NCBI GenBank assembly: GCA_947367845.1
Contig: CANBES010000007.1
Location: forward strand, 242 to 64,241
Source of the DNA: an uncultured Clostridium sp.
GTDB lineage: Bacteria; Bacillota; Clostridia; TANB77; CAG-508
Length of the DNA stretch: 64,000 nt
Direction: 5' to 3'
Within the stretch, counting starts at the first letter, position 1. Each line of letters opens with the position of its first letter. The notes under the pieces are model-generated. The model had not been told where the DNA came from. It saw only the letters and a list, made by a program, of their open reading frames with translations, and made no database searches. A program made the position numbers and the translations under genes. Positions 37,814 through 47,470 of this stretch are shown here, one piece after another.

Positions 37814-38732
37814 TTATAAAACAGATCCAAGAATTAAAATTCCAATATTATCACGATAAATTTTGTCGAATTGAGAAATAGGAAGTGGATTTACACCAAT
37901 GCCAGCTTCAATAGTAAATCCAGGTCTATTATAATTCTGAATAAACCAATCTTTATAACCAGCAAAACTAGAGTTGTATGGTGTATCAGCCAAAATATAG
38001 CCACTAGATTGGGCAAATCTAGTTCCAATGTAAAGACTTTGTGGTGGTCTGAAATTTTGAAATTGCCAATAGATTTCTTGCCCTTGTGTATGGTAAGCTA
38101 TAACTAGCCTAAAATTGTGTAGTAATGTAAAGTTATATATTGATAAACTTTCAGGTTCTGTTAGAGGACCAAAACCAACGAAGTCACGTGGAGCAGGAGA
38201 AGTAAAACCCTGTTCATACTTTATTTTTTTTGCATTTTCCCAACCGTGCAGAAAATTGCAAATTTAAATCTACACCATTGAAATTTGCTCTCCAACCATC
38301 AGGAAAAGGGATATCAGGATATTTATCAGAAATAGTTTTAAAAGAATTATATATAAGACTATTAGGTTGATAAAATCCAGTTACTAAGTCTACACCATCA
38401 GGATTAACCATAGGCATAATATAAATAGATGTACTACGAAAAATACTTCTAATCTGATAGCCATAAATGCTACCATTATTAACATATGCACTACAGTAAT
38501 CTTCAATAAATTTCATAAGTATAACAGTTGTAATCCATTCTTGGGCATGAAAAGAAGCGGAGTAGAAGACTTCTTTTGATCCGTGTCCTAGTCTTATTAC
38601 TGGAAGTTTTTTTCCAAGCACACTGTATCCTGTGTTTTGTATTTGCAAAAATGGATATGTAGAGTTTAATTTGTGTAAGTCAGAAATCATAGTCTCATAT
38701 GTGTAGTTAATACTTGTTTGAACAATCGCCAT
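37814..38732 (-). CDS. M14 zinc carboxypeptidase (gamma-D-glutamyl-meso-diaminopimelate peptidase-like), frame interrupted at an in-frame CGG (a pseudogene by standard rules)
   Basis: HAQEW...NPDG...DLNLQFSA|GWENAK...AYHTQGQEIYW...AGYKDWF...TIEAG. The break is at the minus-strand CGG at 38246-38244. Confidence 0.75.
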
Positions 38733-38894
38733 AAAATCACCTAATATAAGATATGACAGATATAAAAAATTGTTACAAAAAGTCAATCATATAAAATAAA
38801 AAAAACCACAAATGTGTAAAAAATATTGAAAATGAAAAAGAGAAATGATATAATCCACATAAAAGTTAGCCATAATGGAAAGGATTATATTAAT

Positions 38895-40622
38895 ATGAAA
38901 AATGAAAAAACAAACAAAAAGAAAATTTTAATAGTAACAGCATTTCCTACACACGGTGCTGGAAGTGGAGCATTAATTACAACACAAGCAAAATCATATG
39001 TAGAAAATGGAGATGAAGTTGTAATAATAACAGGGAACAATAGGACAGATTTTGATAAACTAGAAGGGGTAAAATATCATGTGGTGCCATTTACAGCAGA
39101 AAGTGAAAATGCAGAAAAAATAGAAGGGCAATGTCCATTCAATTATTTAATGTTTACAACACATACAGAAAGCACAGCGAATTTTTGGAATGTAGGACTA
39201 GAAGAAATAGAGAAATATAACAAAATGTTTGAAGAAGCAATAAAAGAAGAAGTAGAAGAATTTAAGCCAGATATAATACATGCACAACATAACTGGCTAA
39301 CAAGTAGTATATGTAATAACTTTGGCAAACCAGTTGCACTTACAATACATGGAACAGATTTAATGGGATATAAGAAAGCAGGAGAAAAACTATCAGAAAT
39401 AGAAAAAGAATTAAAAAATAAAAAGGTTAACTTAAATTCAAAAGAACTAAATAATATAAAAAATATTGAAGAAATATATGCAAAATCAACATCAAAAGCA
39501 GAAATAATGAGAGAACTAAAAAATGCTATTCAAAATAAAAGAATAGATATATCAAAAGAAGACATGGGAAGCTTAATAGATATATATGACAAAAAGAAAC
39601 TATATGAATTATACAAGCAAGAAGCTGAAAAATCTGCAAAACAATCAGAAAGAATAATAGTAATTTCTGATGCACAAGAGAAAGACTTTAATGAGTTATT
39701 CCCAGGAAACGAAAAAAGAGTAAGACTTTTAGAAAATGGATATGATGCAAAAGTATTTTATCAAAAACAAGGAGTAAACAAAGAAGAAATATTATCAAAA
39801 TTAATAGGTGAAGAAAACAGTAAATGTGATAATTTAGCATTATTTGTTGGAAAATTTGCAGACTTTAAAGGAATAGACGCATTATTAGATGCAACAAGAA
39901 TTTATGAAAAACAAGCAGAACAAAAAGGCAGAAGCATTGAAACAATAATAGTAGGTTCTGGAGTATTAGATGAAACATTAAGAACTCAAGCAGAAACATT
40001 AGGATTAAAACATACTCACTTTGTAGGAAGAAAAAATCATAGTGAAATTTGCGATTTACAAAATATAGCAGATGTTTCATTAATACCATCAAGAAACGAA
40101 CCTTTTGGATTGGTTGTAATAGAAGGAACATCATGTGGACATCCAGTAATTGCAACTAATTCAGGCGGAATACCTGGAATATTAAATGTGAACAAAGAAG
40201 ATTTGTCAGATGGTGAAAAAACATATACAACAAAATTAGGAGTTCTAGTTCCACCACTTCCAGAAAGACCAAGTCAATTAGACGATGGAGCAAAAAAAGA
40301 ATTAGATGTAATGACTACACAATATTCAATTATAGAAGATGAGCAAGAAAAAGCAAATTTTGTAAAGAAAATGGCAGTAGCATTAAATTTAGAAGAAGAT
40401 GGTGTATCAAAGTATTTAAACCAATATATGAACACAGTAAATGGAATTAGTGAATCTGTAATAGATATCTGTGAAAAGAATTTGGAATTTAATAATGACG
40501 AGATTGCACAATATACAGAAAAGACATATTCTCAAGAAGTTATAAGAGATAAAATAATGGGAATATTTGAAGAAGCGGAAGTTGAACATAAAGATAAAAG
40601 AGAAAGTGATTTGTCTTTGTAA
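38895..40622 (+). CDS. GT4-family (GT-B) glycosyltransferase with a long helical insertion
   Basis: KILIVTAFPTHGAGSG N-terminus and the C-terminal motif EPFGLVVIEGTSCGHPVIATNSGGIP. The ATG at 38895 follows GGAAAGGA. Confidence 0.75.
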   Translation: MKNEKTNKKKILIVTAFPTHGAGSGALITTQAKSYVENGDEVVIITGNNRTDFDKLEGVKYHVVPFTAESENAEKIEGQCPFNYLMFTTHTESTANFWNVGLEEIEKYNKMFEEAIKEEVEEFKPDIIHAQHNWLTSSICNNFGKPVALTIHGTDLMGYKKAGEKLSEIEKELKNKKVNLNSKELNNIKNIEEIYAKSTSKAEIMRELKNAIQNKRIDISKEDMGSLIDIYDKKKLYELYKQEAEKSAKQSERIIVISDAQEKDFNELFPGNEKRVRLLENGYDAKVFYQKQGVNKEEILSKLIGEENSKCDNLALFVGKFADFKGIDALLDATRIYEKQAEQKGRSIETIIVGSGVLDETLRTQAETLGLKHTHFVGRKNHSEICDLQNIADVSLIPSRNEPFGLVVIEGTSCGHPVIATNSGGIPGILNVNKEDLSDGEKTYTTKLGVLVPPLPERPSQLDDGAKKELDVMTTQYSIIEDEQEKANFVKKMAVALNLEEDGVSKYLNQYMNTVNGISESVIDICEKNLEFNNDEIAQYTEKTYSQEVIRDKIMGIFEEAEVEHKDKRESDLSL

Positions 40623-40643
40623 AATTAAAATGTAAATAAAAAA

Positions 40644-40670
40644 GCATCAATTAAATTTGATGCTTTTTTT
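40644..40670 (+). terminator. rho-independent terminator
   Basis: gcatcaa / ttgatgc stem followed by TTTTTTT. Confidence 0.75.
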
Positions 40671-40787
40671 GTGGAGCGGGTAGTCGGAAACAACTATCCA
40701 CATAAATAACCCGATGCATTGATATTACTATAATACATCGGATTATAATTTTTGTGAAATTATATTTTAATGCAATTTTAATGCATT

Positions 40788-42197
40788 TTATGCACACAAT
40801 TTCATTTTTAGTTTTTGTTTTCCATAATAAGAACGGCAATCTTTTAACTGTCTATTTCTATATCTTGCAAGAATATGTCCATAAGTTTCTTTTATTTGTC
40901 TATCATCTACATGTCCAAGTATAGTAGCAATAACAAGTAAATCCATTCCTGCTTCAATCATTCTAGTAACAGCAGTATGTCTACACATATGGGTATGGCA
41001 TCCTTTTGGAAGTTCTAGTTTTACACCTGCTTCTCTACAGATTCTCTTAAATATATTGTTTAAACAACGATGATCTATATAACTTCCATCTTTTTGACAG
41101 AACAATAGATTTTCTTTATTATTCGGATTACTTTTTGCATTTTTAATTTGGTCTTTTACGATAGCAAGCATAAGTTCTTCATCAAATATGTCAAATGGTA
41201 CAAACCTCTCATCTAATAATCCTTGCTCTATTTTCTTATGGCCAGTTTTAGTAGTATCGCCCATGATAACTTTTCCACCATCACAAGATAGAGTTCTGTT
41301 TATTACAAATCCATTAGCTTTAAAATCAATATGTTTAGTAATGTCAATAGCACCAAGTTCTCCAATTCTAGCTGCAGATAATAATGCACATATAAATAAA
41401 TTTCTTAATGTTCTTTCATCATAATTACACCTAGAGCTTTTTACCAAAGGTTTAGTTAATAGATGTTCCATAAGTTTTTTCTGCTCTTCTACTTCAAATG
41501 CTTGTACAGGTTCTTTTTTCTGCAGAGAGACAGGGGTAAAGGTTCGTAACATAGGATTATCTGGATATGATATTATTTTATCCATTACACATTGCATGAA
41601 TCCTGCTTTTAGTTTTGCAACAATTTTATCTATTTCTCCTTGTGATAGATGCCTTATAGAATTAAGAAAATTCTGTATTTCTTCATAAGTAACCTTTTGG
41701 ACTGGTTTCTTAAAATCTTTCCAATTTTCAATATAGGCATAGTGGTATTGATCTTTATCTTTTGTATTTTTTATTATCTTTCCTGCTTCAAATTTAACAT
41801 TACCTATTTTTTTAACTACTTCTATAATAGTGATTCCATTTTTCTTTACATATGTTTTGGTTTGAATTTTAGCTTCTACATCTTTTTTCTTTTCAACAGA
41901 TGCAGTTCTAGTAGACTCGTTTGCTACAGTAGTTCTAGAACCATCATCAAGTGTAATTTGGGCAGGGTATCTATTATAACAATAAAATCTATCGCAAACT
42001 CCTTTTTTTAGGCAAATAGTACATTCTTTACATTTGGAACATTTTTCCCAATTAGTTCTATTGGAGCAAAAACTTCTGTCTGTACATTCTGCACAAATAG
42101 GACACATTTTACTATTATCAAATTTTTTCTTTCCTTTTTGAATAGTATTATATACAGAGCCTTCTCCGTTACCATTCCTTCCAAGTTTTTTTGCCAT
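40788..42197 (-). CDS. tyrosine-type site-specific integrase with a Cys-rich N-terminal insertion
   Basis: C-terminal catalytic R...HMCRHT...GH......Y. The N-terminus has CPICAEC...C...CSKCKECTIC...C..FYC. The start is MAKKLG after GGAGG. Confidence 0.85.
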   Translation of the reverse strand: MAKKLGRNGNGEGSVYNTIQKGKKKFDNSKMCPICAECTDRSFCSNRTNWEKCSKCKECTICLKKGVCDRFYCYNRYPAQITLDDGSRTTVANESTRTASVEKKKDVEAKIQTKTYVKKNGITIIEVVKKIGNVKFEAGKIIKNTKDKDQYHYAYIENWKDFKKPVQKVTYEEIQNFLNSIRHLSQGEIDKIVAKLKAGFMQCVMDKIISYPDNPMLRTFTPVSLQKKEPVQAFEVEEQKKLMEHLLTKPLVKSSRCNYDERTLRNLFICALLSAARIGELGAIDITKHIDFKANGFVINRTLSCDGGKVIMGDTTKTGHKKIEQGLLDERFVPFDIFDEELMLAIVKDQIKNAKSNPNNKENLLFCQKDGSYIDHRCLNNIFKRICREAGVKLELPKGCHTHMCRHTAVTRMIEAGMDLLVIATILGHVDDRQIKETYGHILARYRNRQLKDCRSYYGKQKLKMKLCA

Positions 42198-42346
42198 AAA
42201 AAAACCTCCATTTTTCAAATAATTTTTACATAAAACTATTGAAAAATGGGGGAATTTTGTATATAATACAAAAGTAAGCACTTTCAATAGTGTTTATGCC
42301 TTTGGATAATGTGTTGAGCGGCAAACTACATCACATTATCCGCTTT

Positions 42347-42634
42347 TTATTTATATGTAATTAAAGTATGAAATCCATCTGTTTGACCAGGTAAATTTTG
42401 AAATGAATTGAATTTAATATCTATAATTTCATATCCATCATTTTGCATATTAGTTAATATTTCATCTATTTGAATGGTATAATTATCTACACATTGAAAA
42501 TTTTTATTAATATATTTACTAAGATTATTAATTAGTATTATATGAATTTTGTTATCTTTTGGCTTTAAAAATTTCTTTACATTCTCATAGATTGTGTTAG
42601 TTGAGTCATTTGTTTCTTTAGAAAATAATCCCAT
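42347..42634 (-). CDS. small hypothetical protein (moron position between int and repressor)
   Basis: 95 aa with a GGAGG RBS. Weak DUF4177-like C-terminus. Confidence 0.45.
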   Translation of the reverse strand: MGLFSKETNDSTNTIYENVKKFLKPKDNKIHIILINNLSKYINKNFQCVDNYTIQIDEILTNMQNDGYEIIDIKFNSFQNLPGQTDGFHTLITYK

Positions 42635-42646
42635 AAAAATTCCTCC

Positions 42647-43390
42647 TTAATTTTTTTCATATCCGATGTATCCTATTACAGTACCTAATATTTTAACATT
42701 TTCTTTTGGACATGCTTGTGTTTTATATTTAGTAGTATTGGATGACAAAGGCTCTAATAATAATAAATCTCCTTGTAGAGTGATTTTTCTAATAAGAGTG
42801 GTATTATCTAAAATAATAAGGGCAATAGTATCATTTTTTATTATTGAGCTTTTTTTCATTAAGATATAATCGCCTTCTTGATATTTTTTGTCCATACTAT
42901 CATCATACATTCTAAAATAAAAGTAATCATCTGGATTTTTCATATTATACATATGAGGATTCAAGGGGATATAACCTTCTATATATTCCTCAGATACATC
43001 TAAACTTTTTTCTATCTTTTTATATAAAGGGACTGCGAATAAACTTTCAATATTATTTTTACTAATGTATTCTAATAATTTCTTTTTCTTTTCATCTATA
43101 GAAGTTAAATTAGATTTGTTTTTTGCAATTTCGATTTCTTCATTAGATACAGTATCATTTAGGTAGCCACAAGCAGACATCATTTTTGAGTAGTATTCAT
43201 CTTTATGTAAGATAGAAGTATTAGATAGTTTTTCTAAAATGCTAGGAGTAGGGGGATTAGTAGTCCTCTTATTAAGAATCTTGGATATATATCCTGCATT
43301 AACATCCGATTTCTTTGCAAATTCATTGAGAGATGGGTAATTACTTTTTAATTCAGTAATAATATTTATTAAAATATCTTGATTATACAT
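42647..43390 (-). CDS. CI-like repressor: XRE-type HTH plus an S24 (LexA-like) peptidase domain
   Basis: N-terminal HTH (LNEFAKKSDVNAGYISKILN). The C-terminus has a DDSM Ser motif and a downstream Lys. The ATG at 43390 follows GGAGG. Confidence 0.75.
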   Translation of the reverse strand: MYNQDILINIITELKSNYPSLNEFAKKSDVNAGYISKILNKRTTNPPTPSILEKLSNTSILHKDEYYSKMMSACGYLNDTVSNEEIEIAKNKSNLTSIDEKKKKLLEYISKNNIESLFAVPLYKKIEKSLDVSEEYIEGYIPLNPHMYNMKNPDDYFYFRMYDDSMDKKYQEGDYILMKKSSIIKNDTIALIILDNTTLIRKITLQGDLLLLEPLSSNTTKYKTQACPKENVKILGTVIGYIGYEKN

Positions 43391-43437
43391 ATCTAAAACC
43401 TCCATGGATATAGTATAAAACAATTATTGAAAAAAAA

Positions 43438-43501
43438 CAATACTTTTTTTGAAAAAAGTATTGACAATATGAAATAAATATTATATATTTCCTATAGGAA
43501 A
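43438..43501 (+). promoter_or_regulatory. early rightward promoter with operators
   Basis: TTGACA (43461-66), exactly 17 nt, then TATATT. A 12-bp inverted repeat caatactttttt/aaaaaagtattg overlaps the -35. The palindrome TTTCCTATAGGAAA lies at 43488-43501. Confidence 0.55.
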
Positions 43502-43522
43502 CAGAAAGGAGGAAATAAAGAA

Positions 43523-43744
43523 ATGGAATTGAACATTAAAAAACTAGAAGATACAATCGCAGAAATAAAAAAGAAGTACAAGCTATCAAATGATGAAATC
43601 GCAGAAGTTATGGGGATAAATTATTCCTATTTGTTTAAAATTCTAAACAAGACTGCAACACCAGGGAAGAAGATTTTTGATGCTGTTAATAATCTATGCA
43701 AAGCATATAATTTAAATCCAAATGACTATATTTTTTTAAACTAG
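43523..43744 (+). CDS. Cro/XRE-like HTH regulator
   Basis: 73 aa with the HTH LSNDEIAEVMGINYSYLFKILN, divergent from the repressor. Confidence 0.6.
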   Translation: MELNIKKLEDTIAEIKKKYKLSNDEIAEVMGINYSYLFKILNKTATPGKKIFDAVNNLCKAYNLNPNDYIFLN

Positions 43745-43747
43745 TCG

Positions 43748-43761
43748 TTTCCTACAGGAAA
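43748..43761 (+). promoter_or_regulatory. second copy of the TTTCCTNNAGGAAA palindrome
   Basis: TTTCCTACAGGAAA lies immediately upstream of an RBS, as at 43488. Confidence 0.5.
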
Positions 43762-43776
43762 CAAAAGGAGGGAAAA

Positions 43777-43902
43777 ATGGGTTACAAAAAAGAAGAAATT
43801 GTACTTTACACAAAAGAGGATTTAAAGGAAATACAGAATGATAAAATCACAAAACAAAAATTACTTGTTAATAAAAAAGTTGCCGCTCAACACAAAAAAT
43901 AA
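43777..43902 (+). CDS. 41-aa hypothetical protein
   Basis: Strong AAGGAGGG RBS. Not in the supplied track because of its length. Confidence 0.4.
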   Translation: MGYKKEEIVLYTKEDLKEIQNDKITKQKLLVNKKVAAQHKK

Positions 43903-43916
43903 AAGGAGGGAGGAAT

Positions 43917-44234
43917 TTGAAAAAGAAGATAGAACCTTCGATGACCTGGGATGAAGCTCCAGACACTATTGGTCCAGATGAACTTGCAAAAATTTTAGGA
44001 GTAGGAGAACCAAATGCCAGAAGCAAGTTTGATGAAAAGGGCTTCCCACGAATACCAGGACTAGGAAATTTGAGAAAAGCAGACAAAGAAGCTGCAAGAC
44101 TCTATCTACAAGGTATAAACATTAAAACGAATCAAAAAGAGGCAATTACAGGATTATTGCTATTTGAATTAAAAAAGCTCAACACAAAATTGGATGAGAG
44201 AAATAAGGAGGAAGTAGAAAGTGCGAATTGTTAA
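43917..44234 (+). CDS. excisionase/MerR-like HTH DNA-binding protein
   Basis: IGPDELAKILGVGEPNARSKF helix-turn-helix. TTG start after AGGAGGGAGG. Confidence 0.45.
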   Translation: MKKKIEPSMTWDEAPDTIGPDELAKILGVGEPNARSKFDEKGFPRIPGLGNLRKADKEAARLYLQGINIKTNQKEAITGLLLFELKKLNTKLDERNKEEVESANC

Positions 44235-44517
44235 TAAAAGAAAATTCACAAAAAGTATTTTGATTTTAATATTCATCATAGTAATTACTATCATTTGTAT
44301 TAGTCAAATTTTTAATAAACCAAAATATAACATAGAAACAATAGATTATATCGTTTCAAAAAATGAAACATTATGGGGAATAGCAGAACAATATAAAATG
44401 CCTGATCAAGATGCTAGGGATTACATAGATAAAATAAAAGAACTTAACAACATGAAAACAGCTACTATATACGAAGGACAAGCAATAACAATAATAATTT
44501 ATGAGGAGGTAAAGTAG
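44221..44517 (+). CDS. membrane-anchored LysM domain protein
   Basis: TM helix followed by YIVSKNETLWGIAEQY...ATIYEGQAITI (LysM). Confidence 0.65.
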   Translation: MRIVNKRKFTKSILILIFIIVITIICISQIFNKPKYNIETIDYIVSKNETLWGIAEQYKMPDQDARDYIDKIKELNNMKTATIYEGQAITIIIYEEVK

Positions 44518-44518
44518 A

Positions 44519-44794
44519 ATGCCATTAAATAGTAAGATATTAGATAAAATTAGATGCCTATATGAAATAGCAAATAAACTTACTAAATACTGGGTGCATA
44601 TAGAATCATATAAATTTGATGCATATAACACATATTCGTTAAAAGTAGATGTCTATGCATTTATTGATGGAAAACAAGCATCATTTTATAGCAAAGAAAT
44701 TCAAATAAATAAAGATGATGCAGAAGCGGAACTACAATATGCTATAGACAATATAAAAGAGCTAATCACTCCCACCGAAAATGACAATGATTAA
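44519..44794 (+). CDS. hypothetical phage protein
   Basis: ORF coupled to neighbouring genes in the operon. Confidence 0.45.
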   Translation: MPLNSKILDKIRCLYEIANKLTKYWVHIESYKFDAYNTYSLKVDVYAFIDGKQASFYSKEIQINKDDAEAELQYAIDNIKELITPTENDND

Positions 44795-44878
44795 CTCTAT
44801 ACAGAAATATTTTTGCAAACACTTCTATTGCTTATTATAGCACAATGGCAGTAGAAGTCAAGCGGAAAGGAGAAAAAA

Positions 44879-45733
44879 GTGCATGATATAAAGCAAATCA
44901 ATTACATTAAGCAGCTCAATGAGTTCTATTCTATTTTGGATTATAAGCCTTTATCATCTAATGCTATATCTTTATATGGATTTTTATTGCATGTAGCAAA
45001 TAAGACTGGTTGGCTCAATGAGTTCAGAGTAGCTAATACTACGATTATGAGTAAATGTAAATTGAATACATCAGCTCTACAAAGAGCAAGAATGGAATTA
45101 ATAAACAATGGATATATCAGATATAAAAAAGGAAGCAATCAAAACGAAATGCCTAGATACAGCTTAGTTATACTATATTTTGAACAAGCAAATGCACAAG
45201 CGGATAAACAAGCAGATGAACAAGCAAACAATCAAGCAGAAGATATACCGAACACTACACCGAACGCACAACCAGGCGAACACAATAATAAACAAAACAA
45301 TACAAAACAAAACACAAATAATAAACTAAACCAAACTAAACTAAACTTGTTTTTTAATTATATTTCTAATGAAGAAGCGGAATTCGATGGAATAAGTCAA
45401 TCACAAAAAGAGGGCATTATTGGGATTTTGAAAGGTCTAGAAATATATATAAATCCATTAGCAAATTTATCTTGTTTACCATCAAGTTATATTGAGGATG
45501 CCAAAGTACAATATTGGGTGATTAAAGAAATATATTTTAGCGAATATAAAGTCTATTTAAATGAATTAACAAGAAATGACTTTATGTTTAGGTATTTGAA
45601 AACACAGAAATATATGGAAGCAAAAGAAAACTATGATGAAGAGGAATTTGTAAGCTATTTCATTACATGCTTACATGATGAAATGAAGGGAGAAAAAAAT
45701 GTGGTTAAAACAAGAAATAGGAAGATGGTCTAG
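44879..45733 (+). CDS. phage replication initiation / replisome organizer-like protein (DnaD-type N-terminal winged helix)
   Basis: N-terminus FYSILDYKPLSSNAISLYGFLLHVANKTGW...ALQRARMELINNGYI, followed by a Q/N/A-rich linker. Confidence 0.5.
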   Translation: MHDIKQINYIKQLNEFYSILDYKPLSSNAISLYGFLLHVANKTGWLNEFRVANTTIMSKCKLNTSALQRARMELINNGYIRYKKGSNQNEMPRYSLVILYFEQANAQADKQADEQANNQAEDIPNTTPNAQPGEHNNKQNNTKQNTNNKLNQTKLNLFFNYISNEEAEFDGISQSQKEGIIGILKGLEIYINPLANLSCLPSSYIEDAKVQYWVIKEIYFSEYKVYLNELTRNDFMFRYLKTQKYMEAKENYDEEEFVSYFITCLHDEMKGEKNVVKTRNRKMV

Positions 45734-45998
45734 TAGAGAAAGTGTTCCCAAGTATGTGAAATACAAGAAAAAACCAGATGGAAGTCATCTAGTGAATTAT
45801 AAACAACAAAAAGACTATGAATACTACAAATGCGATTATTGTGGAGAGGAGATTATTATAAAAGACAAAGCAGATGAGCAAGATGGAGGAATTGCAATAT
45901 TACCAAACACAATAACAAATAGAGGAAATATAAAAATTGCATTACACAACAAATGTTTAAATCCATTATTAAGAGCAATAGAAAAGGGGGAAGGTTGA
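45699..45998 (+). CDS. hypothetical zinc-ribbon protein
   Basis: CDYCGEE ... HNKC. Confidence 0.4.
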   Translation: MWLKQEIGRWSSRESVPKYVKYKKKPDGSHLVNYKQQKDYEYYKCDYCGEEIIIKDKADEQDGGIAILPNTITNRGNIKIALHNKCLNPLLRAIEKGEG

Positions 45999-46324
45999 TG
46001 GCCAATAAGGTATATTTTGCAGAAACAGATGCAGATTATGGAGGCATATATATAGCAGCTAGAACAGCAAAAGAAGCTAAAACTTTTGCACAAGGTACTT
46101 GGATAATGGACCATGCATATAGTTGGATAGATTTAAGAGTAACTAGATGTTGGAGTGTGAAAGAAACGAAGTATGAAGGAATATTGGATATATTCCAAAT
46201 AAATGAATTAGGTCTAACTTGGTGGTGTTGTGAAAAGTGTCATGATGATAAATTCAAAATTATAAATGAACACGAATACATGTGTACTAGCTGCGGAGCT
46301 AGACTTAAAATACCATATATTTAA
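45998..46324 (+). CDS. hypothetical protein with a C-terminal zinc ribbon
   Basis: The start at MANKVYF follows a GGGGGAAGG RBS. CCEKC...CTSCG. Confidence 0.45.
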   Translation: MANKVYFAETDADYGGIYIAARTAKEAKTFAQGTWIMDHAYSWIDLRVTRCWSVKETKYEGILDIFQINELGLTWWCCEKCHDDKFKIINEHEYMCTSCGARLKIPYI

Positions 46325-46341
46325 AGGAGGACAAGCCGATA

Positions 46342-47031
46342 GTGGAAGTAAAAGAGAAAATTGTTGAAAAGATAAAAAAAGCATTAGCTCTTGCAAATAA
46401 CAACAAGAATCCTAACGAAGCACAAGCAGCAATGTTAATGGCTCAAAAAATGATGGCAAAATACCACATAGAAATGCAAGAAGTAGAAGAGGTAGAAGAA
46501 GCGGAAGTACAAGAGAATGAAGTGAATGTCAAAAAAGGTAGTTGGAGAAAATCACTAATGAAAGTAATTTGCAACAATTACAGATGCGATTGCTTCTTAA
46601 GGGGAAATACAGGGAAAAGGATAATAATTGTAGGAGCTAAAGAGGATATAGAAATAGCGAAAACAATATACGAATTTGCAGAGAATCAGTTATTAGATGG
46701 ATTTAATAGTTATTTTAAAAACAATTATGAGGAATATACAGAAATAAAAATAAAAAATGCAGTAAGAAAAGACTATGCAGATGGATTTATTAAAGGATTA
46801 AAGGAAAAATTTGCAAAGCAAAAAGAGGAAGAAATAAAGAAGAATGAACAATATGCATTGGTAGTAACTAACAAAAAAGTAGAAAAATATATGGGGGAAT
46901 TAAATATTACAGGTCATTACAGAGCAACAAGAGAAAATAGTTCATTTATAGACCCATATGCATTTGCAAAAGGAAGAAACAAAGGATTAAATATGCGAGA
47001 TTTACATTCTTGCATTGAGGAGGAAAAATAA
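46342..47031 (+). CDS. DUF2786-domain phage protein
   Basis: IKKALALANNNKNPNEAQAAMLMAQKMMAKY is typical of the DUF2786 N-terminus. Confidence 0.6.
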   Translation: MEVKEKIVEKIKKALALANNNKNPNEAQAAMLMAQKMMAKYHIEMQEVEEVEEAEVQENEVNVKKGSWRKSLMKVICNNYRCDCFLRGNTGKRIIIVGAKEDIEIAKTIYEFAENQLLDGFNSYFKNNYEEYTEIKIKNAVRKDYADGFIKGLKEKFAKQKEEEIKKNEQYALVVTNKKVEKYMGELNITGHYRATRENSSFIDPYAFAKGRNKGLNMRDLHSCIEEEK

Positions 47032-47032
47032 C

Positions 47033-47455
47033 ATGGAAGAAAAAAAAGTTTATGAATTGGAAATTCAAGAATCTATAATAGGTAAGCAAAGACCTAGAAT
47101 GAATACATACACAGGAAGAGCTTATACTCCAACAAAAACTAAAAATTATGAATACCTAGTAAGGCAATTATTTGTATATAAATATCCACAATTCGTTCCA
47201 ATAGAGGGGAGAGTTAGGATGACTATTACTGCTTATTATGAATTACCAAATAAGAGAAGCAAATTACAAGAAGCGGAAATGTTGGCAAATATAATAAGTC
47301 CTACTAAAAAACCAGATTGGGATAATATAGGAAAAATTGTTAGTGATGCCTTAAATAAGTTTGCATTTAAGGATGATGCACAAATAACAGAGGCTACAAT
47401 TATAAAGAAATATGCTAGAACTCCAAGGGTTTTAGTAAGAATTGAAGAGTATTAA
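47033..47455 (+). CDS. rusA: RusA-family Holliday junction resolvase
   Basis: GKQRPR...TP.KT..YE...PDWDNIGKIVSDALN...F.DD.QI. Confidence 0.8.
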   Translation: MEEKKVYELEIQESIIGKQRPRMNTYTGRAYTPTKTKNYEYLVRQLFVYKYPQFVPIEGRVRMTITAYYELPNKRSKLQEAEMLANIISPTKKPDWDNIGKIVSDALNKFAFKDDAQITEATIIKKYARTPRVLVRIEEY

Positions 47456-47470
47456 AGGAGGAAAATAAAA

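Noticed and set aside
40671-40787. A possible tRNA or tmRNA 3' fragment serving as the phage attachment site (gtggagcgggtagtcggaaacaactatccac).
   Set aside because: There is no T-arm (GGTTCGAATCC-like) or acceptor/CCA features, so the sequence does not fold as a tRNA end. The attachment core cannot be defined without the right prophage end.
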